Shown in pieces: positions 1 through 18,329 of a DNA stretch of 64,000 bases; position 1 is the stretch's first letter; the number at the start of each line of letters is the position of its first letter. The notes below the pieces were generated by a model. The model worked only from the letters and a program-made list of their open reading frames with translations. It was not told where the DNA came from and did no database searches. The DNA is from the human T2T-CHM13v2.0 reference genome, Homo sapiens: NCBI RefSeq assembly GCF_009914755.1, contig NC_060947.1. One strand, written 5' to 3'. Position numbers and translations under genes: made by a program.

Positions 1-127
1 TTGTGAGTATTGCTAAGATGTGCTTAACTAAAATTCAATTATCATCTGGAAAATGGATTTTGCTTTTCTGTAAGAATGCCTATACCATTGTCTAGAGACA
101 AATTATAAGTTCAGGGATGGCACTATG

Positions 128-380
128 TTTTAGTATTAAGATTATTGTGTTTGGAGGCAAAAGATCCATGTTAGAATCCTGGTTCATCTACATCCTAGCT
201 CTGTGACTTTGGATAAGTAACTTCATCTCTCTGAGTTTTACATTCCACACCTTTAAAATAAGGATAATAAAACCTGCCTTACCTGCTTGTAAGGTTGATC
301 TGAGAAACAAATGAGATAATGGATGTGAAAATACTTTGTAAAGTGCAAGCAGCATGAGTCTGCTAAGTATTTTTATTATT
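128..380 (+). mobile_element. MIR SINE
   Basis: MIR core-like text: ctagctctgtgactttggataagtaacttcatctctctgag...aaatgagataatggatgtgaaaatacttt. Confidence 0.8.
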
Positions 381-520
381 GCTTTCTCTATGTTAGATTT
401 GTCTTGGTAGTTATGTTAATTGATTTGTCAGAACTATTAGTGGTTAAGATAATTTATTGAGAATAATGACAAAAATTGCTTAGTAAACACATCATCAACA
501 ATGATAAATTTTTATTTCAG

Positions 521-1221
521 TCTCTACTACAGAAATGATACATGCCCTTAAAAATTATATATATTTTTTATTTCCAAAGTCTCAAGATAGGAACAAAAAC
601 AACTTCAATTAGTGCAGGTTAATATGCATACTGCAAGGGTGGTAACACATAGTGAGATACTGGATTAAGAGAAATACTGTAACTGCAAATGTATCAGAGT
701 GTTTCCCATTGACAATAAGGATTTTTCACGATCTCATCTGTTTCTTAGGCTAAGAAAGGCACTGAGTCAGATTTTCCCCTGCCATTAAACTTCCGTGTTA
801 ATATTTTATTAAATGGAATTGTAGTAGTTCCAAAATGTCAATATAAATAGCTTACTCTCAGGGAGTAGACTTTCTACTGGGAGAATCTGGCTAGTTCATT
901 CACAATAAGAATACTTCAAGAATTAACCATTAAAATGTTTCATGAAGCATTTATGCACATGTATAACCATTGAGAAATGTCATACATAATGTCTTCAAAC
1001 TTCAGCAATTTGTAAAAAAATCGAAGTATTAGTTCAAAATAGTTGTCGAACCAAAGAACCTTAATTTTGCGTATTGTTTGGCATAAATTGCTAGCACAAA
1101 GCCTCAGTTCATACTAAAATTTGAAATGATGTTTTGTTGCCAAGTAACATTATTTTTCTGATGACAGTTGCGTAAATGGTGGTTGTGGGGAGAAATGGAG
1201 TTTACAAAGGGATGGAACATG
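521..1221 (+). pseudogene. Candidate pseudo-exon A, degenerate DUF4590 (ERICH3-like) coding remnant
   Basis: Acceptor tttatttcag (511-520), donor ATG|GTTAGT (1222). Across frameshifts and stops reads VQVNM..SEILD*EKYCNCKCIRVF / AKKGTESDFPLPLNFRVNILLNGIVVVPKCQYK* / SGSRL / KCF, then KIEVLVQNSC. By-eye similarity to the remembered ERICH3 DUF4590 motif order. Confidence 0.45.
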
Positions 1222-1311
1222 GTTAGTAATAGAGACATTTAATCAGTAAACTCTTACAACGAATAATTGAAAAATAAATCCTTATCTGTTGTAATAAGAC
1301 TCTATATGTAG

Positions 1312-1468
1312 ATGTGGGATTTGTGTGGGTGACAGAAAGATTGAAATCACTGGAAGCTTTCAGCCATGAAGGAGTTGTACATTGTGAACATTCAAATCAA
1401 GATCTTTCATCCACAGCAGAATGGCTTGTTACTTTGCACAAAGAACAATAAACTGGCACATAAGCAAA
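1312..1468 (+). pseudogene. Candidate pseudo-exon B
   Basis: AG at 1310-1311, donor AAA|GTGAGT at 1469. The 90-bp intron 1222-1311 is phase-compatible with exon A, giving (D)VGFVWVTERLKSLEAFSHEGVVHCEHSNQDLSSTAEWLVTLHKEQ*. Confidence 0.45.
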
Positions 1469-2142
1469 GTGAGTAATTTTTTTAAAGCACACTACTGCAT
1501 GTATAACAATCATCACAACATATCTGTCAAGCACATCATGTATAAATACAAAGGGGATTTTAAAATAAATCTTTAAGCCAGAAAAGCAGGCTATGATGGT
1601 GATTCAGTGGTCTTTGCCTTATACTTGGGAAGTCAAATGGGTCCAAGAAATAGGTAATAAGAAAGACTGAAAAAATTACCTTGTACAAATTACTGTCCTT
1701 GTGGTGAACATGCAAAATGAAAAATATTACTGAAAGATGACTGCGTTTATTTACTGGGAGGAACAAAAGATTTGGGAGTTAGAATTTTTGAAAATCATTT
1801 TTCATCTTAATGAAGAGGCCTTGCTGATAATCAGTATGTGACACGCATACATTTTATTTTCTGTGGCTCTAAATGACTTACAGCTAATGGTACAAACAAA
1901 AATATATTTGATAAAACATGATAATTTTCTTTTTTTTGTTATACTTTAAGTTTTAGGGTACATGTGCACATTGTGCAGGTTAGTTACATATGTATACATG
2001 TGCCATGCTGGTGCGCTGCACCCACTAACTCGTCATCTAGCATTAGGTATATCTCCCAGTGCTATCCCTCCCCCCTCCCCCCACCCCACAACAGTCCCCA
2101 GAGTGTGATATTCCCCTTCCTGTGTCCATGTGATCTCATTGT

Positions 2143-5970
<3,828 letters not shown>

Positions 5971-6033
5971 TATGATGTTAGCTGGTTATTTTGCTCGTTA
6001 GTTGATGCAGTTTCTTCCTAGTCTCAATGGTCT

Positions 6034-7050
6034 TTACATTTTGGCATGATTTTGCAGCAGCAGGTACCGGTTGTTCCTTTCCATGTTTAGTGCTTCCTTC
6101 AGGAGCTCTTGTAAGGCAGGCCTGGTGGTGACAAAATCTCTCAGCATTTGCTTGTCTGTAAATTATTTTATTTCTCCTTCACTTATGAAGCTGAGTTTGG
6201 CTGGATATGAAATTCTGGGTTGAATATTCTTTTCTTTAAGAATGTTGAATATTGGCCCCCACTCTCTTCTGGCTTGTAGGGTTTCTGCCGAGAGATCTGC
6301 TGTTAGTCTGATGGGCTTCCCTTTGAGGGTAACCCGACCTTTCTCTCTGGCTGCCCTTAACATTTTTTCCTTCATTTCAACTTTGGTGAATCTGACAATT
6401 ATGTGTCTTGGAGTTGCTCTTCTTGAGGAGTATCTTTGTGGCGTTCTCTGTATTTCCTGAATCTGAATGTTGGCCTGCCTTGCTAGATTGGGGAAGTTCT
6501 CCTGGATAATATCCTGCAGAGTGTTTTCCAACTTGGTTCCATTCTCCCCGTCACTTTCAGGTACACCAAACAGACGTAGATTTGGTCTTTTCACATAGTC
6601 CCATATTTCTTGGAGGCTTTGCTCATTTCTTTTTATTCTTTTTTCTCTAAACTTCCCTTCTCGCTTCATTTCATTCATTTCATCTTCCATTGCTGATACC
6701 CTTTCTTCCAGTTGATCGCATCGGCTCCTGAGGCTTCTGCATTCTTCACATAGTTCTCGAGCCTTGGTTTTCAGCTCCATCAGCTCCTTTAAGCACTTCT
6801 CTGTATTAGTTATTGTAGTTATACATTCTTCTAAATTTTTTTGAAAGTTTTCAACTTCTTTGCCTTTGGTTTGAATGTCCTCCCGTATCTCAGAGTAATT
6901 TGATCATCTGACGACTTCTTCTCTCAGCTCGTCAAAGTCATTCTCCATCCAGCTTTGTTCCGTTGCTGGTGAGGAACCGTGTTCCTTTGGAGGAGGAGAG
7001 GCGCTCTGCTTTTTAGAGTTTCCAGTTTTTCTGTTCTGTTTTTTCCCCAT
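6034..7050 (-). pseudogene. L1 ORF1, disrupted
   Basis: 1017-bp span matching ORF1p (ARREW, YPAKLS motifs); in-frame stops near 6905 and at 6163-6165. Confidence 0.95.
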
Positions 7051-7505
7051 CTTTGTGGTTTTATCTACTTTTGGTCTTTGATGATGGTGATGTACAGATG
7101 GGTTTTTGGTGTGGATGTCCTTTCTGTTTGTTAGTTTTTCTTCTAACAGAGAGGACCCTCAGCTGCAGGTCTGTTGGAATACCCTGCCGTGTGAGGTGTC
7201 AGTGTACCCCTGCTGGGGGGTGCCTCCGAATTAGGCTGCTTGGGGGTCAGGGGTCAGGGACCCACTTGAGGAGGCAGTCTGCCCATTCTCAGATCTCCAG
7301 CTGCGTGCTGGGAGAACCACTGCTCTCTTCAAAGCTGTCAGACAGGGACATTTAAGTCTGCAGAGGTTACTGCTGTCTTTTTGTTTGTCTGTGCCCTGCC
7401 CCCAGAGGTGGAGCCTACAGAGGCAGGCAGGCCTCCTTGAGCTGTGGTGGGCTCCACCAAGTTCCAGCTTCCCGGCTGCTTTGTTTACCTAATCAAGCCT
7501 GGGCA

Positions 7506-7814
7506 ATGGCGGGCGCCCCTCCCCCAGCCTCGCTGCCACCCTGCAGTTTGATCTCAGACTGCTGTGCTAGCAATCAGCAAGACTCCGTGGGCGTAGGACC
7601 CTCCGAGCCAGGTGCGGGATATAATCTCCTGGTGCTCCGTTTTTTAAGCCGGTCTGAAAAGCGCAGTATTCGGGTGGGAGTGACCCAATTTTCCAGGTGC
7701 CATCAGTCACCCCTTTCTTTGACTCAGAAAGGGAACTCCCTGACCCCTTGCGCTTCCCGAGTGAGGCAATGCCTCGCCCTGCTTCGGCTCGGGCAAGGTG
7801 CGCGCACCCACTGA
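7506..7814 (+). CDS. ORF0: L1 antisense ORF0, open, 102 aa (expression unknown)
   Basis: MAGAPPPASLPPCSLISDCCASNQ... matches the primate L1 ORF0 N-terminus; donor-like sites at 7611|7612 and 7696|7697. Confidence 0.7.
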   Translation: MAGAPPPASLPPCSLISDCCASNQQDSVGVGPSEPGAGYNLLVLRFLSRSEKRSIRVGVTQFSRCHQSPLSLTQKGNSLTPCASRVRQCLALLRLGQGARTH

Positions 7815-8057
7815 CCTGCGCCCATTGTCTGGCACTCCCTAGTGAGATGAACCCGGTACCTCAGCTGGAAATGTAGAAATCACCTGTCTTCTGCGTCGCT
7901 CACGCTGGGAGCTGTAGACCGGAGCTGTAGACCGGAGCTGTTCCTATTCGGCCATCTTAAATGTTCCAACATGAGAATTTTCTTACCACAATTTTGAATG
8001 CACCTATATCTTTAGTTTTCCAATAAAAGGAAGTTAATGTTTTTTTGCCTTTGCTAG

Positions 8058-8152
8058 GATGCTGCAGAAGAATGTTTAGCTAAGTCAAAATGATGATGAC
8101 AATAATAATAATATAATGGAGGCCCAAAGAAGGGTTTTTAATGGAATGAAAG
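8058..8152 (+). pseudogene. Candidate pseudo-exon C
   Basis: Acceptor ttttttgcctttgctag, donor AAG|GTCAGG; reads DAAEECLAKS, then after a frameshift NDDDNNNNIMEAQRRVFNGMK. Confidence 0.35.
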
Positions 8153-9476
8153 GTCAGGATTTACAAAAATGGACTTGTGCTTTTAAAGACTCAAATATTT
8201 TTTATGTAAATTATATCAAAGACAGTTGCCAAAAGTTTTTCATATTTGAGGAATTCAATTATTCTTGAAAGAAACTAAACCTTTAATAGGTCAGTATATT
8301 TAATGTTTAATGGGTACGAAAGAAAATTTACTAGATAAATTTATTCAAACCTGGCCTCAAATTAAAATTTAACAAAGTCTCATTAAATTATTCCTGGGAA
8401 ATCATGCTCACAATGAACAATTTTCATATAGTTTTAGTATACCTCACTTTCTTGAATTCTCTTTTTAATGAAAGTTATCGTGAATGTGCTCTCTCTCTCT
8501 CCACTGTCAAGCATGCTGACATACACACATTCACTCATACACATAGGTACAATAAACACAGTCAGGGACTCACACAGACACAATACACACACATGCCCCC
8601 CACACACATCTGGTGTCAAGAAAACCAATTACTGTGAGGATAATGCTTATAGCCTACATAATCCTTTTTCTATCCCAGTTCAAAAAGTTTCATATGCAAA
8701 TTTAATAATCAGTGGCAGAATAACTTAGGAGGGTTATTATAAAATGATACATAAGAAAATTAAATAATCATAAATAGTAAACAGAAAATTAGATGTCAGT
8801 AAACTGCTTTTAAATTGATGACTGACTTCTGATATGAAAAGGCACATTTAAAATGCTTAAAAATAAAACACTTTGAGCATAAAGGACATAGTAAAAGTTC
8901 AATTAATAAGAACACTTGGGGAAAGAGGTAGTAATGAAGGTTTTGGGTTTTGTTTGTTGCTGTTTTTTGGGTTTTTTTGGTAGTTTGCTTTATTTTGTCT
9001 TGATTAGAATAAACTTCTTGTTTCAATCTCAGATGTTGAAGACTTTTCTAAATTCAATTGTCTATGTTCTTGTCTTGGTAAGGTATTATGGGCATAAAGT
9101 CATAAAATAATCATGTCATAAATGTAAATTTTTGCCTGATTATGTAATTATTTCATTATATAGAGAAGTATATTTTATGTCTTAGTTCTCATAGTACAAG
9201 AGTGTGGAGAAAATATAGTTTTCTATATTAGTTTTAAATTACTTTTACATATTAGTTTTATATAAAACAATAGATTTGTATATTCGTTCTCATAGAATAG
9301 TGTGGATAGAGAAAACATACTTCACAGAACTCTGGCTGGCACTTGAAAGCAGGTTTCTAAAACAAATTTCGATAGTGACTGGTTTCCTTTTCAATTCATT
9401 CTAAAAGAAAAAAAAAGAAAAGAAAATGCAAAGGAATTGACAAATTCTGATCCCTAAAGAACATAATCTAATATTA

Positions 9477-11419
<1,943 letters not shown>

Positions 11420-11837
11420 GGTGTCCTTAAAGTTTGTTTTATCAAATGAACAAAGCTCATCATCCATTTGACATGTAGGGTAGTACTGATACTTGTTTCC
11501 AAGAGTAAAATAATTATGTCACTTTGCTTTCAGATTTAATTTGTTGTGGTGTTTGCATAATAGGGTTTTTGGAACATAAGACTGGGATCTGATACAATGT
11601 CACACAGCCATTTCTATATCCTTATACAATAAACAGATGTTTTTGGGCAATTTTGCTTAAAGTAGTAATTTTTTTACATTTAAAAGTATTAGGTAGATTT
11701 CCAATTCTTAATCTAGTATCCCTTAGCTAGTATTTCATATTACTTAATTTGTAAAAATTTACTGTTTTCCATTAATGATGACAATTAAGAAATAATATAA
11801 TTTTGATACTGTGCATGTGGCAGTTCTAAAACATTAT

Positions 11838-13968
11838 AGACCTTTGTTGGATGCATAGTTTGTGAATATTTTCTCTCATTCTTCAAGTTGTTTGTTTACT
11901 CTGTTGAAAGTTTATTTGGCTGTGCACAAGCTCTTTAGGGTGTAACTAGGTCTCACTCGTCAATTTTTGTTTTTGTTGCAATTGCTTTTGGGGTCTTAGC
12001 CAAAATTTCTTTGCCAAGGCCGATGTTAACAAAGGTATATCCTAGGCTTTCTTCTACAGCTTTTTAAAGTTTAAAATCATATATTTAAATCTTTAATGCA
12101 TTTTGAGTTAATTTTTGCATATGGTGAAAAGTAAGGGTCCAGTTTCATTGCTTTCATCATTGCTTGTTTTTGTCGACTTCATTGAAGATCAGATGGTTGT
12201 AGTTGTGCAGCTTTATTTCTGAATGTTTTATTCTGTTCCATTGGTCTATGTGTCTGTTTTGTACCAGTACCATGCTACTTTGGTCACTATCACCTTACAG
12301 TATAGCTTGAAGTTGGGTAATGTGATGTCTCTGGCTTTTTTTCTTTTAGTTTAAGATTGCTTTGGTTATTCAGGGTCTTTTGGGGTTACATATGAATTTT
12401 AGAATAGTTTTTTTCTAATTCTGTGAAGAATGACATTGGCAGTTTGATAGGAATAAAATTGAATCTTTAAATTTCTTTGTGCAGTATGGCCATTTTAATG
12501 ATATTGATTTTTCTAATCCATGAGCACGGAATGTTTTTCTATTTATTTGTGTCATATCCGATTTCTTTCAGCCGTGTTTTGTAATTCTCATTGTAGAGAT
12601 CTTTCACCTCCTTGGTTAGCTGTATTCCTAGTTATTACATTTTTTGTGGATATTGTAAATGGGATTATGTAATATGCAGAATCAATAAGAAACTTACACA
12701 AATCAACAAGCAAAAACCAAAGAACCACAATAAAAAATGGGCAAAGGACATGAACAGACACTTCCCAAAAGAAGACAACAAACATATGAAAAGAAGATCA
12801 CCATCCTAATCATCAGAGTAATGCAAATAAAAACCACAATGAGATGCCATCTCACACCAGTCACAAGGGCTATTATTAAAAAGTCAAAAAATACAACAGA
12901 TGTCGACACGTTGCAGAGAAAAGGGAATGCTTATATAATGTTGGAGGCAATGTAAATTAGTTTAGCCACTGTGGAAAATAGTTTGGAGATTTCTCAAAGA
13001 ACTTAAAACACAGCTACTATTTGACCTGGCAATCCTATTAGTAGTCATACTCCCAAAAGGAGAGAGATAATTATACCAAAAAGACACATGCATGTTCATG
13101 GCAGCACTATTCACAATGACAAAGATGTGCAATCAGTCTAGGTGCCCAACAATGATAGATTGGATAAATAAAATGTGGTTCATACACACGATGGAATACA
13201 AAAAGTAATGAAATCTTTTCCTTTGCAGCAACATGGATGGAACTGGAGGCCATAATCCTAAACAAATAAATGTAGAAACAGAAAATCAAATACTGCATGT
13301 TCTCACTTAAAAGTGGGAGCTGAACATTGAGCACGTGGCAACATAAACATGGGAACAATAGGCACCGCAGACTACTAGTGAGGGAAGTTAGGGAAGGGGG
13401 TGTGGGTTGAAAAACTACCTATTGGTTTCTATGTTGATATGGTTTGGATGTCCCACCCAAATATCATGTCGAAATGTAATCCCCAGTGTTGGAGGCGGGG
13501 CCTGTTGAGAGATGATTGGATCATGGAGGAGGATTTCTCATGAATAGCTTAGCATCATTCATTTAGCAACAGCACCCTAATGGTACTGTATTCATGATAG
13601 TGAGTGAGTTCTCATGAGATCTGGTCCTTTAAAAGAATATAGCACCTCCCTCCACTCTCTCCTGCTCCTGCTCTAGCCATGTGACATGCCTGTTCCCCCT
13701 TTGCCTTCTACCATAATTGTAAGTTTTTTTAAATACCTCCTCAGAAGCTGAGCAGATGCCATCATGCTTCCTGTGCAGCCTGCCTACAGAACCATGAGCC
13801 AATTAAACCCCTTTCCTTTATAAATTACCCACTCTCGGGTATTTATTTATAGCAATGTCAGAATGGACTAATACATATGCTCACTAGATCGGTGAAATAT
13901 ACCCATATAACAACCCTGCACATGTACCCCTGTATCTAAAATGAAAGTGGAAATTAAGAAAAAAAATA
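11838..13968 (+). mobile_element. 5'-inverted older L1 #4 (L1PA16/L1PB-like), interrupted by an MST LTR
   Basis: Minus part 11838-12668 and plus part from about 12670 are contiguous in ORF2 (caacaaaggtcta|atatccagaatc); 3'UTR gggttgaaaaactacctattgg and A tail. Confidence 0.85.
13435..13875 (+). mobile_element. MSTA/MSTB (ERVL-MaLR) solo LTR
   Basis: tgatatggtttgg...gactaataca termini; 5-bp TSD tatgt/tatgc. Confidence 0.9.
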
Positions 13969-14104
13969 AATCAAAAAGGTTTTGATTAAATTGGCAATGT
14001 GGTAGTCATTTTAACATATTCTAAAAAAATTGGATAGTGGACTCATTTGCAAGATTATCCACACCATAATCTATGCACATGTTAATATTTGACTACCTAA
14101 ATAC

Positions 14105-14310
14105 AGATAATAATAGCACACTTATAGAATGCTTACTATGTGCTAAGCATTGATCTAAGCACTTTACATTATTAAGTATCGCTTTGTGGATGAGGAATCT
14201 GAAGCAAAAACATTATATCACTTGCCTAAAGTCACTTGGCACCTAAGTGGTGAAAAGCAGATATTTCAACTTTAGAACCAGCACTGTTAACCAGTATACT
14301 GTACTGCTCT
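14105..14310 (-). mobile_element. MIR
   Basis: taatagcacacttatagaatgcttactatgtgctaagc...cttgcctaaagtcac. Confidence 0.7.
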
Positions 14311-14859
14311 AATGGCTATCCACTTGAATTGAGGGAAGGAATATTAAAATGCTTCAGTTTTCAAGTATTCCAGCTGATACAAAGGATATTGGATCTTATC
14401 AAGGCTCTACAAATAACAAATGGCTTACCCTTGAACAAGTTGCATCAACCCTTTGAGCTTCAGTTTCATCATCCAGAAAATGGGGATATGAATATGGTAG
14501 TAAGTAAATTTCCTTCACTTTTACAATTTTATGTTTCTATGACTTTCCCAGAGTATAAAGAAGTGGGAATAAATGCATCATCTACTTACAATGTAGAGAA
14601 AAGAAAAAAAGACCATTGATTCTTAAATTCATTTTGATTTATGCCTTGCAAATGGATGTCCAGCAAGGTTATAAACACTAGTTTCAAATGTTATGTTTTC
14701 CACTTAGAAAACATTCTGTCCTACATCTTTATTTGGATCACTCATACTGATGCTTTAAGACTTCTATCAACTTTTAACTCATTCAGGAAACCTTCCTTTT
14801 TCTTCAGGAAATATTCTTGTTTTATTGCCATATCACACACCAAGGGAGATGACCTTCAT

Positions 14860-15232
14860 TTTAATTATATCTGTGCCTTTGTACTCTTCTTCCTGCTGTT
14901 CTATAAAACTCTGCATCTTTTTTTTTTTTTTTTTGCCTGGCTGTTTTCCACTCATTTTTTGATAGCTTAGGCATTATCTTTTCAAGTGTCTTTTCATTGG
15001 CTTAACCTCCCTGCCAAGGTGGGTTGAATCTCCCTCTTTAAGTTTCCAATACCATGTTGCAAAGATCTCTTTCAGAATGCTCAACAGATCGTATTCAAAT
15101 GATATACATGCTTGGCTTCCTCAATAATTGTATGATCCAAGATGATAAAAGTCATGTTTTATTCATCCTATATCCCCAAACCTAGAGGCATTGCCTAGAA
15201 TGAAATAAGTAATCAACACAAATTTGATAAAC
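14860..15232 (+). mobile_element. L2 3' fragment
   Basis: L2-like 3' end: tttattcatcctatatccccaaacctagaggcattgcctagaatgaaataagtaatcaacacaaatttga. Confidence 0.6.
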
Positions 15233-15332
15233 TTAACTTAAATGGTGATCTGTGGAAGACATAGACTCGGCGTTGTTCTTTACTTCATCCTAAAGAGAGG
15301 ACAATGACATTGTATTTGTTTTTACCTTATAG

Positions 15333-15538
15333 AAAAATATGAGAATTAGTAAGACAAAGTACTAGTTTGAAGTCTTAAGACTAGGTGATATACAAAGAAG
15401 CAACACATAAACCAGCTACCATTATACCTCATAAACATCTGAGCAGTGATAACATTTCTGATAATAGTAAATTATATCGTATGAAGATGGATTTATTTTA
15501 TGATAGAACAACTAAAAAGGTTACAGTGAACTTACAAG
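15333..15538 (+). pseudogene. Candidate pseudo-exon D
   Basis: Acceptor ttgtttttaccttatag; donor CAAG|GTGAAT (alternative AAG|GTTACA at 15519). 51 open codons at 15385-15537: VIYKEATHKPATIIPHKHLSSDNISDNSKLYRMKMDLFYDRTTKKVTVNLQ. Confidence 0.4.
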
Positions 15539-16400
15539 GTGAATCTCATTTAAGTTAACTTTTCAAAATAGAATAAAATAAATATTTATTTAAATAGAAA
15601 GTAGCATGGAATGCTGTTTGTTAAACTTTTCCCATTGGTGCTCTCAGCAGCTGTGATCTGGGGCTTAAATGAGAGTTAAATACACGAAAGAAGATGCTGA
15701 TAAATTAATGATGAACATGGGCATAGCTCATTAACAGCCTCTTAAGTGGAAACTAGCATAAGAAAGAAAATTTAAACTTGAAAACATTTTATTGAAATCC
15801 TTAATTCCTATAAATATACAGTAAATCTTTTTTAAAAAGGACAATGGAACATTTCCTTGGCCCCTGTGAAGCATAATTATTCTCTCCCTTGCTCTCTCAC
15901 TCCCTCCTTTCTATCATTTAAGAAGCACAGGCACTTTGATAGACCCTAAAGGGAGGGTTAAGATATAGAAATGAATAATATATAGTCTTTAAATCTTCTT
16001 GCACATGATGGGACTTATAGAGAGATCCAAAAGTATAGTTCAGTCTAAAACTAACAGGTTCAAAAAAATTCATAACGTTACCATTACTATAGACAAAGCT
16101 GTACTTGTTTATACATTGACAATTCAGAATTAATAAGGTATTTTTATTCTTTCATAAGTCAGTCCTAGTTGGTATGAATATAAGCATTTCATATCAGTTC
16201 ATTTGGGAGTGATCTTTTGTTGCAAATAATTATGTATTCAAGTTTTTACTTTAATGAAAATATTATTAGAGACTACAAGGTAAAAGCATAGATACTTTTA
16301 TGCTTTCCTTTCAAATGTGTATGTTTCATTGTGTTTGGATTTACAGACTGATACTGTATCTGTAAATGACATCTCTGATTATATCATTCCTCTGATATAG

Positions 16401-16708
16401 GCAGTTTTACTTAGTGAGACACAACACTGGAAAGAACTGTCAGACTAAGTATTTCAAAAAGGATGGATTAACAACAAGAGAGTTAAAGGACATTGTGATG
16501 GATTGGACAGAAAGCTGTTAAGTATGATCCCATGGTATAAGCAAATGTGGACATGGTGTTTTATGAGAATAACAATAAAATTGTGCACATTTTTAAAGAA
16601 TAGCATTTTAGAATGTTGATTATACTCATCATTTCAGCACCAGAGCATCACAGAATCTCCATTAGTTAAAGAAGAAGATTCATTTTGTAATTCACATTAC
16701 TATTTGAG
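16401..16708 (+). pseudogene. Candidate pseudo-exon E
   Basis: Acceptor ttcctctgatatag, donor GAG|GTATAT. Frameshifted reading AVLLSETQHWKE..KDGLTTRELKDIVMDWTE..KYDPMV*ANVDMVFYENNNKIVH..KNSILEC*LYSSFQHQSITESPLVKEEDSFCNSHYYL. Confidence 0.35.
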
Positions 16709-17356
16709 GTATATCAGTAACATCAGTAATAGTTACCTTAGGCTACTGCAACAGCAAAGAAGGAAAAAAAAAGCCTACGTGGTTCATTTCATAAGAGAAG
16801 ACATAGAGTCCTTGGAATTGAGATGCCACACTTGAACACATTTAGTGTTCAGCAAATAATTTCTGAATGTCACTGATCCTAGATCGTTTTTAAAAAGCTA
16901 CTTCCCTTTACTTTGAATGATTTGTTATGCTGCATTTCATTACTTTTCTCCTTACTTTGTTCTTCTTTTGTTTTAAAATAAGTGACGAGATTTTCGGTGA
17001 AGATTAAGCACTAGCAGGCAGTAATGCAATGGCCCAAACACAGTTTTAATTGGAACCTCAAATCCTGTGAAAAAATAAGAAATTAAATCATTAATAAAAT
17101 GCATTTCCCAGATGACACTATGTTGATATATGTTAAGAAACCTCCATTATTTTCTCCCATGAGATTCCTATAGCCATAATTGCAAAATGTAAAATTCACT
17201 AGTTGTGCCATATTAAGGTTATTTAATGAAATTCAGGCCCTTATAAAGTTTCAAGTATCAAACAATTAATAAAAAATCTATAGGAATTTTCCTTTTACAA
17301 AACATTAGCATTGTTATGTCAACATTAATCCTCATGTTTCCTTACAATGTTAACAG

Positions 17357-17561
17357 TACATATTTAGTATGTTGCTTAATGCAATCCTGGAAGTACTACA
17401 GAGATATTTCAATATGACCCAAGCAAAACTAAGGCACAATGTTAAATGATTCAAGCTGCCACATAGCTCAAAGTTTAGAAAGAAATGTCATATCTCTGGA
17501 AACTTGAAAAACTCTAATTACAAATGCTACGATTAAAGAAAATCATGAACACAACCTTCTA
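17357..17561 (+). pseudogene. Candidate pseudo-exon F
   Basis: AG at 17355-17356, donor CTA|GTGAGT; ends ...RNVISLET*KTLITNATIKENHEHNLL in phase 0. Confidence 0.3.
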
Positions 17562-18329
17562 GTGAGTTATAGGCTATACCAGGCACATGACTACAGTGCA
17601 CTATAAAACAAACGGAAGACACATTGAGGGGGATAAAAGATTTATGATCCTATCTAAAAGACCACTTCATTGTGCATTTGGTCAACTAACAATTATTAAG
17701 CAGCTCTGGACCCAGTTTTGCTTAAGAGTAATGCAAAAGTAGTATCTTGAAGAGCTTAAATCTAGTGGTGGGGATCAACTGCAAATTTAACAACTACGAA
17801 TGGATCCATACATATTAATGAAGCTAGCAATGATTAACTGAGAAAGTAGCATTTTATTTTACTTTATAATTGCTTTACAATTGCAATTTCATATGTACTA
17901 AAGTATGCATATATTAGATACATATATTTCATGACATGTTATATAAATACATGCCACTTTTATGCGTCTCTTTTTACTATTCTGTAGCGAACATAAACAA
18001 TGAAAAATGATATAGAGTATAAACCTTAAAAATTGTCTTTATTTCCCCTTGCCACACTGATTTAAAATGGTTATTTACTGGTAAACATTTAAGCAGAGAA
18101 ATCTAAAGCCTGTACTAGTGGCATTTAAAAGGTTACATATTTCTTCAAGTGTATTCTATCAATTATAACCTGCTGTTGTATTGCATATATTCTGTCATAT
18201 GTGAATGAGTAGATGTATCTAAAAGATTATCAACATGATTGCAACTCTCCTCTGCTTCTAGCTGTTATCTCTAACATATTATCTTAATATTATAACAGTA
18301 TTTTGCATTTTGATAAACACATTCAGATT

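Noticed and set aside
1680-1753. Minus-strand exon-like block (NKRSHLSVIFFILHVHHKDSNLYK) with good acceptor and donor
   Set aside because: Isolated; the nearest minus candidate (about 8443-8510) is phase-incompatible and no protein was recognised.
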